Of a stretch of DNA of 26,311 bases, positions 1 through 8,961 are shown piece after piece. The translations under genes and the position numbers were made by a program. Source of the stretch: Calditrichia bacterium (GTDB lineage Bacteria > Calditrichota > Calditrichia > RBG-13-44-9); assembly GCA_037381445.1 (NCBI GenBank), contig JARRQT010000053.1:26531-52841 (forward strand), read 5' to 3'. Position 1 is the stretch's first letter, and every line of letters starts with the position of its first letter. Below the pieces are notes generated by a model that was not told where the DNA came from, ran no database searches, and saw only the letters and a program-made list of their open reading frames with translations.

Positions 1-26
1 TAACTTTTAAGCGGAGGAATGTTTAC

Positions 27-1187
27 ATGAAGAGCAACTTCTTGTTTACTTCGGAATCTGTAGCAGCGGGTCATCCGGATAAGGTTGCGGATGCAATATC
101 GGATGCAATTGTCGATTCGATCTTTAATATTGAAGGTGATCCCACCTATAACCGGGCAGCGGTCGAGACGCTGGTGACCGAAAATACAACCATTCTGGCG
201 GGTGAAGTGAAAATTCCCGATGGTACCCAAATTGATTATGAATCCATTGCCCGTCAAACCATCCGGGAAATCGGATATACGGAACCTGATTTGAAATTTG
301 ATGATAAATGTGAAGTATTCAGTAAAATACACTCGCAGTCGCCCGAGATTGCGCAGGGCGTTGATGTGGGCGGCGCCGGTGACCAGGGAATGATGTTTGG
401 TTTCGCGATTAACGAGACCCCTGAATATATGCCGCTTCCCATCACTCTGGCCCACGCCATCGTCCGGGGTATGGATGAGGCGCGCCGGAACGGATCGTTG
501 GCTTTTCTGCGGCCCGACGGCAAATCGCAGGTAACGGTGAATTATGAAGACTGGCGGCCGAAATCCATTGAAAAAATAGTGGTTGCCGTGCCCCACAAAC
601 CCAATGCCCAAAAACAGGAAGTGCAGGAACAGGTATACCAGAAAGTTGTGAAACCGGTGCTGGAAAAATATGGTCTTCCTTTCAGCCGCACCGATATCAA
701 TTATATCATGAACGGGACCGGCCTGTGGACCATTGGCGGGCCGTTTTCCGACACGGGCCTGACAGGGCGCAAGATTATTGTCGATACCTACGGCGGTATG
801 GGACGTCACGGTGGCGGGTGCTTTTCCGGCAAAGATCCTTCAAAGGTAGACCGGTCGGCCAGCTATGCGGCGCGCTATGTGGCGAAAAACCTGGTAGCCG
901 CCGGCGTGGCGGAAAAACTGGAGGTGCAGTTTGCCTATGTTATCGGCCAGCGTGAACCGGTGTCGGTCATGGTGGATACTTTCCGCACCGGGAAAGTGCC
1001 GGAAGGGGAAATCGTAAAAATCATCAGCAAGGTTTTCGATCTTTCTCCCCGCGGCATCATCCAGACCCTGGACCTGCTGAAGCCCCGTTATAAAGCAACT
1101 GCTGCTTACGGCCATTTCGGCCGGGAAGAAAACGGCTTTACCTGGGAGAAACTGGACAAGGTCGAAGAAATCCGCCAGCTCATGTAG
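27..1187 (+). CDS. metK: S-adenosylmethionine synthetase (methionine adenosyltransferase)
   Basis: FTSESVAAGHPDK N-terminus, GAGDQG, TGRKIIVDTYGG, GGGCFSGKDPSKVDRS and AAYGHFGR motifs; GGAGGA RBS at 13-18; 386 aa. Confidence 0.97.
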   Translation: MKSNFLFTSESVAAGHPDKVADAISDAIVDSIFNIEGDPTYNRAAVETLVTENTTILAGEVKIPDGTQIDYESIARQTIREIGYTEPDLKFDDKCEVFSKIHSQSPEIAQGVDVGGAGDQGMMFGFAINETPEYMPLPITLAHAIVRGMDEARRNGSLAFLRPDGKSQVTVNYEDWRPKSIEKIVVAVPHKPNAQKQEVQEQVYQKVVKPVLEKYGLPFSRTDINYIMNGTGLWTIGGPFSDTGLTGRKIIVDTYGGMGRHGGGCFSGKDPSKVDRSASYAARYVAKNLVAAGVAEKLEVQFAYVIGQREPVSVMVDTFRTGKVPEGEIVKIISKVFDLSPRGIIQTLDLLKPRYKATAAYGHFGREENGFTWEKLDKVEEIRQLM

Positions 1188-1210
1188 CGATTGTTTATCA
1201 AATTTCTTTC

Positions 1211-1245
1211 AAAAAGCTGCAAGATAATATTTTGCAGCTTTTTTT
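1211..1245 (+). terminator. Rho-independent terminator after metK, probably bidirectional
   Basis: aaaaagctgcaagat-aat-attttgcagcttttt stem-loop ending in a T run, with an A run on the 5' side. Confidence 0.85.
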
Positions 1246-1323
1246 ATGAATTTCTTCCGGGGTTTATTTCCCGGAAAATTTATATTATTTTAGGTCGGAG
1301 ATTATTGCGTGTTTTATCAGGTC

Positions 1324-1350
1324 TAAAGGAAATTCCGCATTTACCGATGA
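1324..1350 (+). promoter_or_regulatory. Putative sigma28 (FliA) promoter for the response regulator gene
   Basis: TAAA(1324-1327)-N15-ACCGATGA(1343-1350) versus consensus TAAA-N15-GCCGATAA; ends 29 nt before the ATG at 1380. Confidence 0.65.
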
Positions 1351-1379
1351 TAGTAAGTTAAGTAGGGAAGGAAATATAG

Positions 1380-2474
1380 ATGGCCAGCATGCAAAAGCGT
1401 GTTCTGATTGTAGATGACGAAGAAGATCTTACCTGGACCCTGAGCAAGAAGCTCTCACGGGACAGTGACAAATTCCAGGTGATTACCGTAAATTCCGGGC
1501 GGGAAGCCATCGATGTGCTGAACCAAGTGCCCATCGATCTAGTCATCTCGGATGTGCGCATGCCCGAAGTTTCCGGCCTGGAACTGCTGGTGGAAATCAA
1601 GGAAAAATATCCGCAGACAAAGGTCATCATCATGACGGCATACGGATCATCGGACGTGCAGCGTTCCGCCAGCGAGCGGGGTTCTTTCCGGTATATTGAG
1701 AAGCCATTTGAAATAAATGAATTGCGGGAATTGATTTTGGAAGGATTGAAGGAAAAGAAGGGTTTTAAAGGCAGCGTTTCCGATTTTCAATTGGGTGATA
1801 TTATTCAATTAAATTGCCTGGGCAGGCTGACCTCCGCCCTACAGATCAAACAGGAGGCGGAAACCGGCACCATATATTTCCAGGAGGGGAATATCGTGCA
1901 TGCGGAAACCGGTTCACTGTCCGGTGAAAATGCATTTTACTATATCATGAGCTGGCCGGGCGGAGAATTCTCGGTGCGCCGCAATGCCCAGCCGCCGCGT
2001 GAGACCATCAGCAAGGGATGGCAAAGCCTGCTGCTGGAAGCAATGCGCCGTCTTGACGAGAGCTCCGGGCTGGCGGTTGAAGAGAAGGAGCAGGAAAAGC
2101 AAAGCCGGCTGAATGAAATCCACCTCAACCTCAACCCTGTTTTTAAAACCAGGGGCGTCGATTTCATTCTTATTCATAACTCGGCGGGATTTCCAATCAC
2201 CTTTCTCCCTTCCAATGAAGAAAGCAATCTGGAAGCGATCGAGCTGGGGAACCAGTTGTCTGTTTTCTTAAATGATCTGAAAAAGCTGCAGAAACATCTG
2301 CAAACCACGCCACCGGGACTGCTGGAAATTCAATTCGGAAACCTCTTCATGATTACCAATAAAATCCCGGACAAGGACGCCTATATCACGGTGCTGGGGG
2401 ACCACACCCTGAATGTGGGTTTTGTAAGGTTCGAGCTGCGGAAAATAGTGAAGGAAATCGGGGAAATGGTCTGA
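1380..2474 (+). CDS. Response regulator: REC + DUF4388/PATAN-like + C-terminal Roadblock/LC7 (MglB-like) domain
   Basis: REC motifs (LIVDDE, ISDVRMP, MTAYG, EKPF). DUF4388 pattern FKGSVSDFQLGDIIQL...GTIYFQEGNIVHA...SWPGGEF...LLLEAMRRLDE. The last ~115 aa follow a Roadblock-like pattern (GVDFILIHNSAGFPI ... NVGFVRFELRKIVKEI). Confidence 0.85.
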   Translation: MASMQKRVLIVDDEEDLTWTLSKKLSRDSDKFQVITVNSGREAIDVLNQVPIDLVISDVRMPEVSGLELLVEIKEKYPQTKVIIMTAYGSSDVQRSASERGSFRYIEKPFEINELRELILEGLKEKKGFKGSVSDFQLGDIIQLNCLGRLTSALQIKQEAETGTIYFQEGNIVHAETGSLSGENAFYYIMSWPGGEFSVRRNAQPPRETISKGWQSLLLEAMRRLDESSGLAVEEKEQEKQSRLNEIHLNLNPVFKTRGVDFILIHNSAGFPITFLPSNEESNLEAIELGNQLSVFLNDLKKLQKHLQTTPPGLLEIQFGNLFMITNKIPDKDAYITVLGDHTLNVGFVRFELRKIVKEIGEMV

Positions 2475-2541
2475 TAGAGGGATTCTCCTCTTCCTGACGG
2501 GAAGGAAAGCAAATCCCATAGAAAAGATTTTGTACAATTAA

Positions 2542-2579
2542 AAAGGATGATAACAGATTCCGGAGCGTTATCATCCTTT
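2542..2579. terminator. Inverted repeat between convergent genes, likely bidirectional terminator
   Basis: Perfect 13-bp arms aaaggatgataac / gttatcatccttt around a 12-nt loop, with T-rich tails on both strands. Confidence 0.7.
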
Positions 2580-2597
2580 CTTTATGGTGATTCGATG

Positions 2598-3845
2598 CTA
2601 ATCCAGCATGTGGACGATCAGGCCGGATTTCAGTTTCGGTTCAAACCAGGTCGATTTGGGAGGCATGGTTTTGCCGGCATCGGCAATTGCCATCAAATCT
2701 TCGATGGAAGTGGGGTAGAGGGCAAACGCGATTTCACTCTCACCCCGGTTCACCCGTTTCTCCAGCTCCGCCAGGCCCCGGATGCCGCCCACAAAATCGA
2801 TACGCTTATCTTTGCGCGGGTCGCCAATTCCCAGAACGGGTGACAGCAGATTTTCCTGCAGAATGCTCACATCCAGCCGTCCGACCGGATCGCTTTCCGG
2901 AAAGCTGCCTTCTTTTGCAGTGAGCTGATACCAGGCGCCATCCAGATACATGCCGAATTCATGGCTTTTGCCCGGGTTGAAGTGGGCATTCCCGCCAACG
3001 GGCTTGATTTCAAAATTCTTTCCTGTCTTCCTGAAAAATTCATCTTTGCTCATACCGTTCAGATCTTTGACGACACGGTTGTAGTCCAGAATCTGCATCT
3101 GGTTGTGGGGAAAAATGACCGTCAGAAAATAGTTGTATTCCTCACTGCCGGTATGGGTCGGATTGGCCTGCCTTTTGATGTCGCGTACCCGCTGGGCAGC
3201 AGCGGAGCGGTGATGTCCGTCTGCCACATACAAATAATCCACTTTTTCAAATAGTCCGGAGATTTTCCGGATGACCTCTCCATCATCTACCAGCCACAGC
3301 GTATGCTGCACGCCATCGGCGCTCTTGAAATCATAGAGCGTATGGCCCCGGGTAATTTCTGCAACCAGCGAATCGATCTTTTCCTGCGCCTTATAGGTCA
3401 GGAAAACCGGTCCCACCTGCGCATTCAGGTGTTCAATATGCTTTACACGATCATCCTCTTTGTCCTGCCGGGTGAGTTCATGCTTCTTGATGATGCCCTT
3501 TTCATATTCATCCACGGAGGCGCAGGCCACCAAACCGGTCTGCACATGGTTTCCCATAATCTGCCGGTAGATATAGAAATTGGGCTTGTTATCCTGGAAT
3601 ACCACGCCGTCATCGATCAACTTTTTCAGGTTTTTGGCGCCCTGCTCATATACCTGCGGATCGTAAAGGCTGATTTCCGGATCGAGGTCGATCTCGGGTT
3701 TATTCACGTGCAGAAAGGTATAAGGATTTCCCCTGGCCATTTCTCTTGCTTCATTGGAATCGAGCACATCATACGGAGGTGCTGCTACCTTCGATGCCAG
3801 TTCCTTTTTAGGCCGCAGACCGCGGAATGGTTTTACAATCGTCAT
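2598..3845 (-). CDS. DUF1015 family protein (ParB/Srx-like ADGHHR motif)
   Basis: KPFRGLRP, APPYDV, IKKHELT, YVADGHHR and MPPKSTWFEPKL motifs. Start moved from 3857 to the ATG at 3845, which has GGAGG 5 nt upstream. Confidence 0.9.
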   Translation of the reverse strand: MTIVKPFRGLRPKKELASKVAAPPYDVLDSNEAREMARGNPYTFLHVNKPEIDLDPEISLYDPQVYEQGAKNLKKLIDDGVVFQDNKPNFYIYRQIMGNHVQTGLVACASVDEYEKGIIKKHELTRQDKEDDRVKHIEHLNAQVGPVFLTYKAQEKIDSLVAEITRGHTLYDFKSADGVQHTLWLVDDGEVIRKISGLFEKVDYLYVADGHHRSAAAQRVRDIKRQANPTHTGSEEYNYFLTVIFPHNQMQILDYNRVVKDLNGMSKDEFFRKTGKNFEIKPVGGNAHFNPGKSHEFGMYLDGAWYQLTAKEGSFPESDPVGRLDVSILQENLLSPVLGIGDPRKDKRIDFVGGIRGLAELEKRVNRGESEIAFALYPTSIEDLMAIADAGKTMPPKSTWFEPKLKSGLIVHMLD

Positions 3846-3977
3846 TCTATCCTCCATGTTTTTCTTTTTACATGTGCAGAATTTATTGCCTTATGAATAT
3901 TTAATCAATAATAGAATAAAATAGTCCCGAAAGTTAATTGCGCCGAAGAGGAGAAGTTAAGCTGAAAGGTACACAAA

Positions 3978-4003
3978 TAAAAAAGGGCGCTTTAAAGCGC
4001 CCT
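3978..4003 (-). terminator. Rho-independent terminator after the ppiD-like gene
   Basis: Perfect 20-bp palindrome agggcgctttaaagcgccct (3984-4003) followed by a T run on the minus strand. Confidence 0.85.
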
Positions 4004-4028
4004 CAAATTCAGTTATCTGTTTTCTCTA

Positions 4029-5825
4029 TCAGGATGCGAAAAATTGGTTTCGGTAATCCTTGATATTCGCATTCTCTTTCAGGCGGTTATACCATTCCGT
4101 GAAAAATTCCTGGGTTTTTTGCGCCAGCAGGCGGTTGCGAATCTGATCGCGCTGCTGCTTGTACAGCTCTTCATTGAACGGCGTGCGATTCAGTACCTTC
4201 ACAAAATAATAGCCGCGATTGGTATCCAGCATGGGAGAAACCACGCCGGGATTCAGTGAAAAGGCTGCGGCTGAAACTTCAGGCACGCGTCCGATTTTCG
4301 GTATGGGCTGCGTCAGCGTGAATTCGCCGGTGGAATCCATCGCTACCGTCGGATTCTTCTTGGCGATCTGGGCAAAGGTCTCATTCTGGTTCAACTCGGA
4401 CTGAATCTGCTCGGCAAAGTTTTTAGCCATTTCTTTATGTTTGTTGAATTCGACCCTGCTTTTGCAGATATTCTGGACTTCTTCAAACGGACGATATCCG
4501 GCCGGTGAAATGTTGGCCAGTTCCAGAACGGTGTAGCCCTGCGGCGTGCGGTAAACAGACGATATTTCATTTTTCTTGGTGCTGAAGGTCCATTCCATCG
4601 CCATGGTAATGTTTCCAATTCCGGGAATAAAACTGCCGTTGGCGAATTCGGGAGTTTGCTGCATCGGAACATTCAACTGCTGGGCGGCGTGCGCAAAACC
4701 GGCATCTTTGGCAACTTCCTTGAAGTTGTTTGCCGCATTCTGGGCATTTTCAACAGTCAGCGGACTGGCTGAAAACTTGAATAGAATATGAGCCGCATTT
4801 ACTTCTTCCTCGCCGTTCACCTTCTTTTTTGCAATCACTTTGATGATGTGCAATCCGAATTGGGTTTTAACCGGTCCCACAATTTCACCGGGTTTGGCTG
4901 AGAAAGCGGCATCAGCGAACGGTTTAACCATCGCGCTCTTTTTGAAGAAACCGAGATCACCGTGATTAGTGCGCACGGACGGATCCTCGGAATATTCATC
5001 CGCCAGTTTGGAGAAATCTTCACCGCTCAGCGCTTCTTTTTTCACATCTTCGGCAAGCTGGTAAATCCGGGTGCTGTCCTCGGCCGTGGGAGCAGTGGAG
5101 AAAAGCACATAATTCAATTGGCGTTTTTCGTCCACTTTGAAATCTTCTTTATGATTTTCATAATAAGCCCTGGTTTCGGCATCGGTGACGCTTACGCTGT
5201 CCTTGGCGAAAGCAGATACCGGGACGGCCAGGTAGCTTATTTTTGCTTTCTGATTCTGATCGATGAATGCGGACCGGATTTCTTCTTCGGTGACGATAAC
5301 CGAGGAATTGATGATTTCCTGCAGCTTCTGGAACGGGAGAATCTCCCGGTAGTAATTTTCCACCGGCAGCCAGTTTACTTCCGGATTCTGCAGGGCCTGC
5401 TGGTACTTTTTCATATCGAACTGGCCGTTGGTCTGGAAATTCGGGTTTTGACGAATTTCCTGAGGCGGATTCTGGGTCATCTGCAGATAGATTTCTTTGT
5501 CGGTAACCTCAATGCCCCGCTTCTGGATTTCCTTGCTGAAAAGCACACGTTGTATATACATTTCCCAGACCTGGTCCCGCAGTTGTGCCATACGGTTTTC
5601 GTCGGGTTCCTGGCCGGTCATCTGTTTTTCCTGCATATAGGCATTCTGCAAAGCCTGCTGAAATTCCTGAATGGTAATGTTCTGACCCTCAATTTGGCCG
5701 ACAACATTCGAACGTGTTCTCCGGCCCGTAAAATCCATTCCCCATTCGAAGACCATTAATCCCACGAAGGCGATCACCAGTATCCAGATGAAAATGAAAG
5801 TCATCTCGCGCAGTTTGGTCATCAT
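4029..5825 (-). CDS. ppiD: Membrane-anchored periplasmic chaperone / parvulin peptidyl-prolyl isomerase (PpiD/SurA family)
   Basis: N-terminal TM anchor (IFIWILVIAFVGLMVF), SurA-N-like region, parvulin motif FSKLADEYSEDP..GDLGFF...MVKPFADAAF...GPVKTQFGLHIIKV; 598 aa. Confidence 0.85.
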   Translation of the reverse strand: MMTKLREMTFIFIWILVIAFVGLMVFEWGMDFTGRRTRSNVVGQIEGQNITIQEFQQALQNAYMQEKQMTGQEPDENRMAQLRDQVWEMYIQRVLFSKEIQKRGIEVTDKEIYLQMTQNPPQEIRQNPNFQTNGQFDMKKYQQALQNPEVNWLPVENYYREILPFQKLQEIINSSVIVTEEEIRSAFIDQNQKAKISYLAVPVSAFAKDSVSVTDAETRAYYENHKEDFKVDEKRQLNYVLFSTAPTAEDSTRIYQLAEDVKKEALSGEDFSKLADEYSEDPSVRTNHGDLGFFKKSAMVKPFADAAFSAKPGEIVGPVKTQFGLHIIKVIAKKKVNGEEEVNAAHILFKFSASPLTVENAQNAANNFKEVAKDAGFAHAAQQLNVPMQQTPEFANGSFIPGIGNITMAMEWTFSTKKNEISSVYRTPQGYTVLELANISPAGYRPFEEVQNICKSRVEFNKHKEMAKNFAEQIQSELNQNETFAQIAKKNPTVAMDSTGEFTLTQPIPKIGRVPEVSAAAFSLNPGVVSPMLDTNRGYYFVKVLNRTPFNEELYKQQRDQIRNRLLAQKTQEFFTEWYNRLKENANIKDYRNQFFAS

Positions 5826-6145
5826 AAAGCGAAAATCTCCTTAATTAATTATTTTCGAACACATGTTTAAAACAGGCTCGGAATTTAAATTTGAAGTGCC
5901 GGAAAATCAAATAAAATAATATTTAAGATATAAATTACGCTTTCATTCATCTTTTTGGATGAATGCGTAAAATCCTGCCTCAAATCATAGCCTCTTTTAA
6001 ATCAACTGGTTGTATGTCGACTCATGCAGTTGGTTCCTGCCTATTTAAAAATATTGTTCGAAAATAACCGGCTTTTAAAGACATTTAAATCTTTGCTGAA
6101 GAGGCTAATCTGATTAAATTCAAAGGCCGGCAAAGAGGGGAGTGC

Positions 6146-6574
6146 ATGGGCGAATTTCGATTCATAGATCACACGGCGGATATTGCGGTGCGGCTCAGCG
6201 GAAAAGATATGAACGATCTTTTTCAGGCTGCCCATGCTGCCTGGAAAAAAATCGTGATTGATGACTGCCATGTGGAAACTTCTGAGGACATGCGGATCAC
6301 ACTCCATGCCGACAGCCCGGAGGAACTGCTGGTCAGTTTTCTGGAGGAATTGAATTATTACCTGACGGTCCGGCGCTGGATCTGCGGAAGACTCGATGAT
6401 TTTCGTGTGATGGAAGAGGGTCAAAAGTGGCACGTCCAAGGCAGACTGATCGGGGAACCGATACGGGAGGGAAAACATGAAATACAGGTGGAGATTAAGG
6501 CGGTGACTTTTCATCAACTGAGCATCGGGCGAAAGGGGGATGAATTGACCACCCTCCTGGTGTTCGACATTTGA
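6146..6574 (+). CDS. Archease (RtcB activator)
   Basis: DHTAD near the N-terminus, EIKAVTFH, C-terminal VFDI; 142 aa; GGGGAG RBS; directly upstream of rtcB. Confidence 0.93.
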   Translation: MGEFRFIDHTADIAVRLSGKDMNDLFQAAHAAWKKIVIDDCHVETSEDMRITLHADSPEELLVSFLEELNYYLTVRRWICGRLDDFRVMEEGQKWHVQGRLIGEPIREGKHEIQVEIKAVTFHQLSIGRKGDELTTLLVFDI

Positions 6575-6628
6575 AGGATGCCCGATGGCTTTGGGGAAGA
6601 AAACTTTCAGTGAAATGAAGGTGACAGC

Positions 6629-8083
6629 ATGAAAATCGGCGGTTTTGAAATTAATCCTTTGAGCGATTATCTGTGGGAGATTCCTGCTCAGGGAGGAATG
6701 AAAGTTCCCGGGCGCGTTTACATTTCCCGCAAGATGCTGGAAAAGTTCATACAGGAAGATGAGAGCATAAAGCAGGTCATCAATGTGGCACACCTGCCGG
6801 GGATACAGAAATACAGCCTCGCGATGCCCGATATTCACTGGGGATATGGTTTTCCCATCGGCGGGGTAGCGGCCACCGATCTGAACGAGGGGGTAATTTC
6901 GCCCGGCGGAGTCGGGTACGATATCAACTGCGGCGTCCGGCTGGTGAGAACCAATCTGGAACATGCTGTGGTTGAAAAACGGATTCAGAAACTGGTGGAG
7001 AACCTCTTCAAAAGCATTCCCACCGGAGTGGGCTCCTCGGGCGCAATCCGTAAACTATCGCCAAAGGAGATAAAAAATGTCCTGCGGAAAGGTGCGGGTT
7101 GGGCTGTGGAAAATGGATTCGGCGAAGAGGAAGATCTGGAATCCACCGAAGAGAACGGTTGTCTGCAGCAGGCGGATCCGGAGGCGGTCAGCAAGCGGGC
7201 TATCGAGAGGGGACAGGACCAGGCAGGCACGCTGGGGTCGGGCAACCATTTTCTGGAAGTTGACGTCATCGATACGATTTATGATGAACAAGTCGCAGAG
7301 GCCTTTGGTTTGTTTAAGGGACAGGTGGTGGTGGTGATTCATACCGGCTCGCGCGGACTGGGGTATCAGGTCTGTGATGATTACCTGAAAATTCTGGTGA
7401 AGGCGATTCCCCGCTACGGATTTTCCCTTCCTGACCGGCAACTGGCCTGTGCGCCGATCCAATCGCAGGAAGGAAAGGATTATTTGGGCGCCATGGCTGC
7501 CGCTGCCAATTATGCGTGGAACAACCGTCAGACCATTATGGGACTGGCCCAAAAAACATTCATGGAAACCTTCAACCTGTCTCCCGCCGATCTGGGTTTT
7601 CAGCTGGTGTATGACGTCTGCCACAACATCGCTAAAATTGAAGAGCATGATGTCAACGGTCAAAAAAAGAAGGTATGTGTGCATCGCAAAGGCGCGACGC
7701 GGGCCTTTCCGCCGCACAGCGAGAAGATACCCGGCAAGTATCGCGGCGTGGGTCAGCCAGTGCTGGTGCCCGGTGATATGGGACGCTACTCTTTTGTGGC
7801 GGTCGGTACCCACAAAGCCATGGAAGAAACCTTCGGGAGCACCTGTCATGGGGCGGGCCGCCTGCAGAGCCGGCATCAGGCGCTGAAGATGGGAAAAGGG
7901 AAGGATCTGATCGGCGATCTAAAGAAACGGGGCGTTTATATTCAGGCGCGGGGAATGAAGACCATCGCGGAGGAGATGCCGTATGCCTATAAGGATGTGG
8001 CCGATGTGGTGGAGGTAATGCACCTGGCCGGGATCAGCCGTAAGGTCGCCCGTCTGCACCCGGTGGGTGTGATTAAAGGTTGA
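6629..8083 (+). CDS. rtcB: RtcB RNA-splicing/repair ligase, archaeal/eukaryote-like type
   Basis: MPDIHWGYGFPIGG, DINCGVR, GTLGSGNHF, HTGSRGLG, HNIAK, HRKGAT, PGDMG, STCHGAGR (guanylylated His) and AYKD motifs. Confidence 0.96.
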   Translation: MKIGGFEINPLSDYLWEIPAQGGMKVPGRVYISRKMLEKFIQEDESIKQVINVAHLPGIQKYSLAMPDIHWGYGFPIGGVAATDLNEGVISPGGVGYDINCGVRLVRTNLEHAVVEKRIQKLVENLFKSIPTGVGSSGAIRKLSPKEIKNVLRKGAGWAVENGFGEEEDLESTEENGCLQQADPEAVSKRAIERGQDQAGTLGSGNHFLEVDVIDTIYDEQVAEAFGLFKGQVVVVIHTGSRGLGYQVCDDYLKILVKAIPRYGFSLPDRQLACAPIQSQEGKDYLGAMAAAANYAWNNRQTIMGLAQKTFMETFNLSPADLGFQLVYDVCHNIAKIEEHDVNGQKKKVCVHRKGATRAFPPHSEKIPGKYRGVGQPVLVPGDMGRYSFVAVGTHKAMEETFGSTCHGAGRLQSRHQALKMGKGKDLIGDLKKRGVYIQARGMKTIAEEMPYAYKDVADVVEVMHLAGISRKVARLHPVGVIKG

Positions 8084-8147
8084 TTGCGCCAGCTAAAAAA
8101 TTTTAAATCACTAACTAACTTTTGGTAAGGAATGGTATTTTTTCCGG

Positions 8148-8961
8148 ATGAAGGATATTACTTTGCAGCATCGATTGGAATTTTGGGGATACAGGGGAAT
8201 AGAAAAATTAATCTACGCATTACCGGACCGGACACTGCCGGGGTTTGCCGGAGAGCACGGAAGCGTGGCGGGAGCGGACCGCCTACCGTTCCTATCTTCA
8301 TTTTGCCATGGTCATGCTTGAATTCATGAAGATGGGGAAATGGAGCGCCGATCAGCTTCGCTCTAAAATGGAAATTTTGGAAATCGATGACTTCACGGAT
8401 GCACAAAGGCAGGAAAAGGGTGTGGTGATTGTTTCCGGCCATTTCGGCAACTGGGAAGTTGCCATTGGTTACCTCCACCTGCTGGATGTCCGGTCTGCCG
8501 TAATTCAGCAGCGTCAGAAGAATGTGCTGGTTAATGAAAGAATGAAAGCGTTGCGGGAAAAATGGGGAATGGAAATCATCTATCCCCGCGGGGCAGTTAA
8601 AGAATCCATTAAAGCCCTGCACGAAGGAAAAGCTGTTGCGCTGCTTGGCGATCAGGATGCCGGCGACCGGGGCGTTTTTGTCCCCTTTTTCGGCAGGATG
8701 TCTTCTACCCATGTGGGTGCTGCCCTCATGGCGCTGAAGACAGGGGCGCCTGTGATTTTGGGCATCTGCACCCGAACTGCATCCAATTATTTCAGACTGG
8801 AATTTCAAACGATTTCAGCTTCCGGCTTGCCGGAGAATCTTCATTCGGCAGTCGTAGAATTGACTGCGCGGCACACCCGGATGCTGGAAGCGGCAATTCG
8901 GAAAAATCCCGAACAATATTTCTGGATGCACCGCCGCTGGAAAACGCCTCCGAAAGACTGA
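8148..8961 (+). pseudogene. Lipid A biosynthesis acyltransferase (LpxL/HtrB family), split by a frameshift/deletion near 8244
   Basis: Frame 8245-8961 has SGHFGNWE, LGDQD, VPFFG and PEQYFWMHRRWK but is closed upstream by TAA at 8209-8211. A family-like N-terminus (MKDITLQHRLEFWGYRGIEKLIYALPDRTLPGFA) starts at ATG 8148 in a different frame and stops at 8319-8321. Confidence 0.75.

Noticed and set aside
1255..1276. ttccggg-N8-cccggaa inverted repeat
   Set aside because: Short, and ccgg/tccgga words are very frequent throughout this window
2479..2517. Imperfect hairpin right after the response regulator stop
   Set aside because: Weak stem with no U tract; the stronger inverted repeat at 2542-2579 explains termination
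5998..6023. TAAA-N14-GTCGACTC upstream of archease
   Set aside because: Wrong spacing and poor -10 match
5826..6145. Sigma54 promoter for rtcB, as in E. coli rtcBA
   Set aside because: No GG-N10-GC element found by eye and no rtcR nearby
6041..6964. 307-aa minus-strand ORF
   Set aside because: Antisense shadow of archease and rtcB with no recognisable motifs
8132..8329. 65-aa ORF as the N-terminus of the acyltransferase
   Set aside because: No family resemblance; the ORF from ATG 8148 in another frame fits much better
8158..8808. 216-aa minus-strand ORF
   Set aside because: Antisense to the acyltransferase with no motifs
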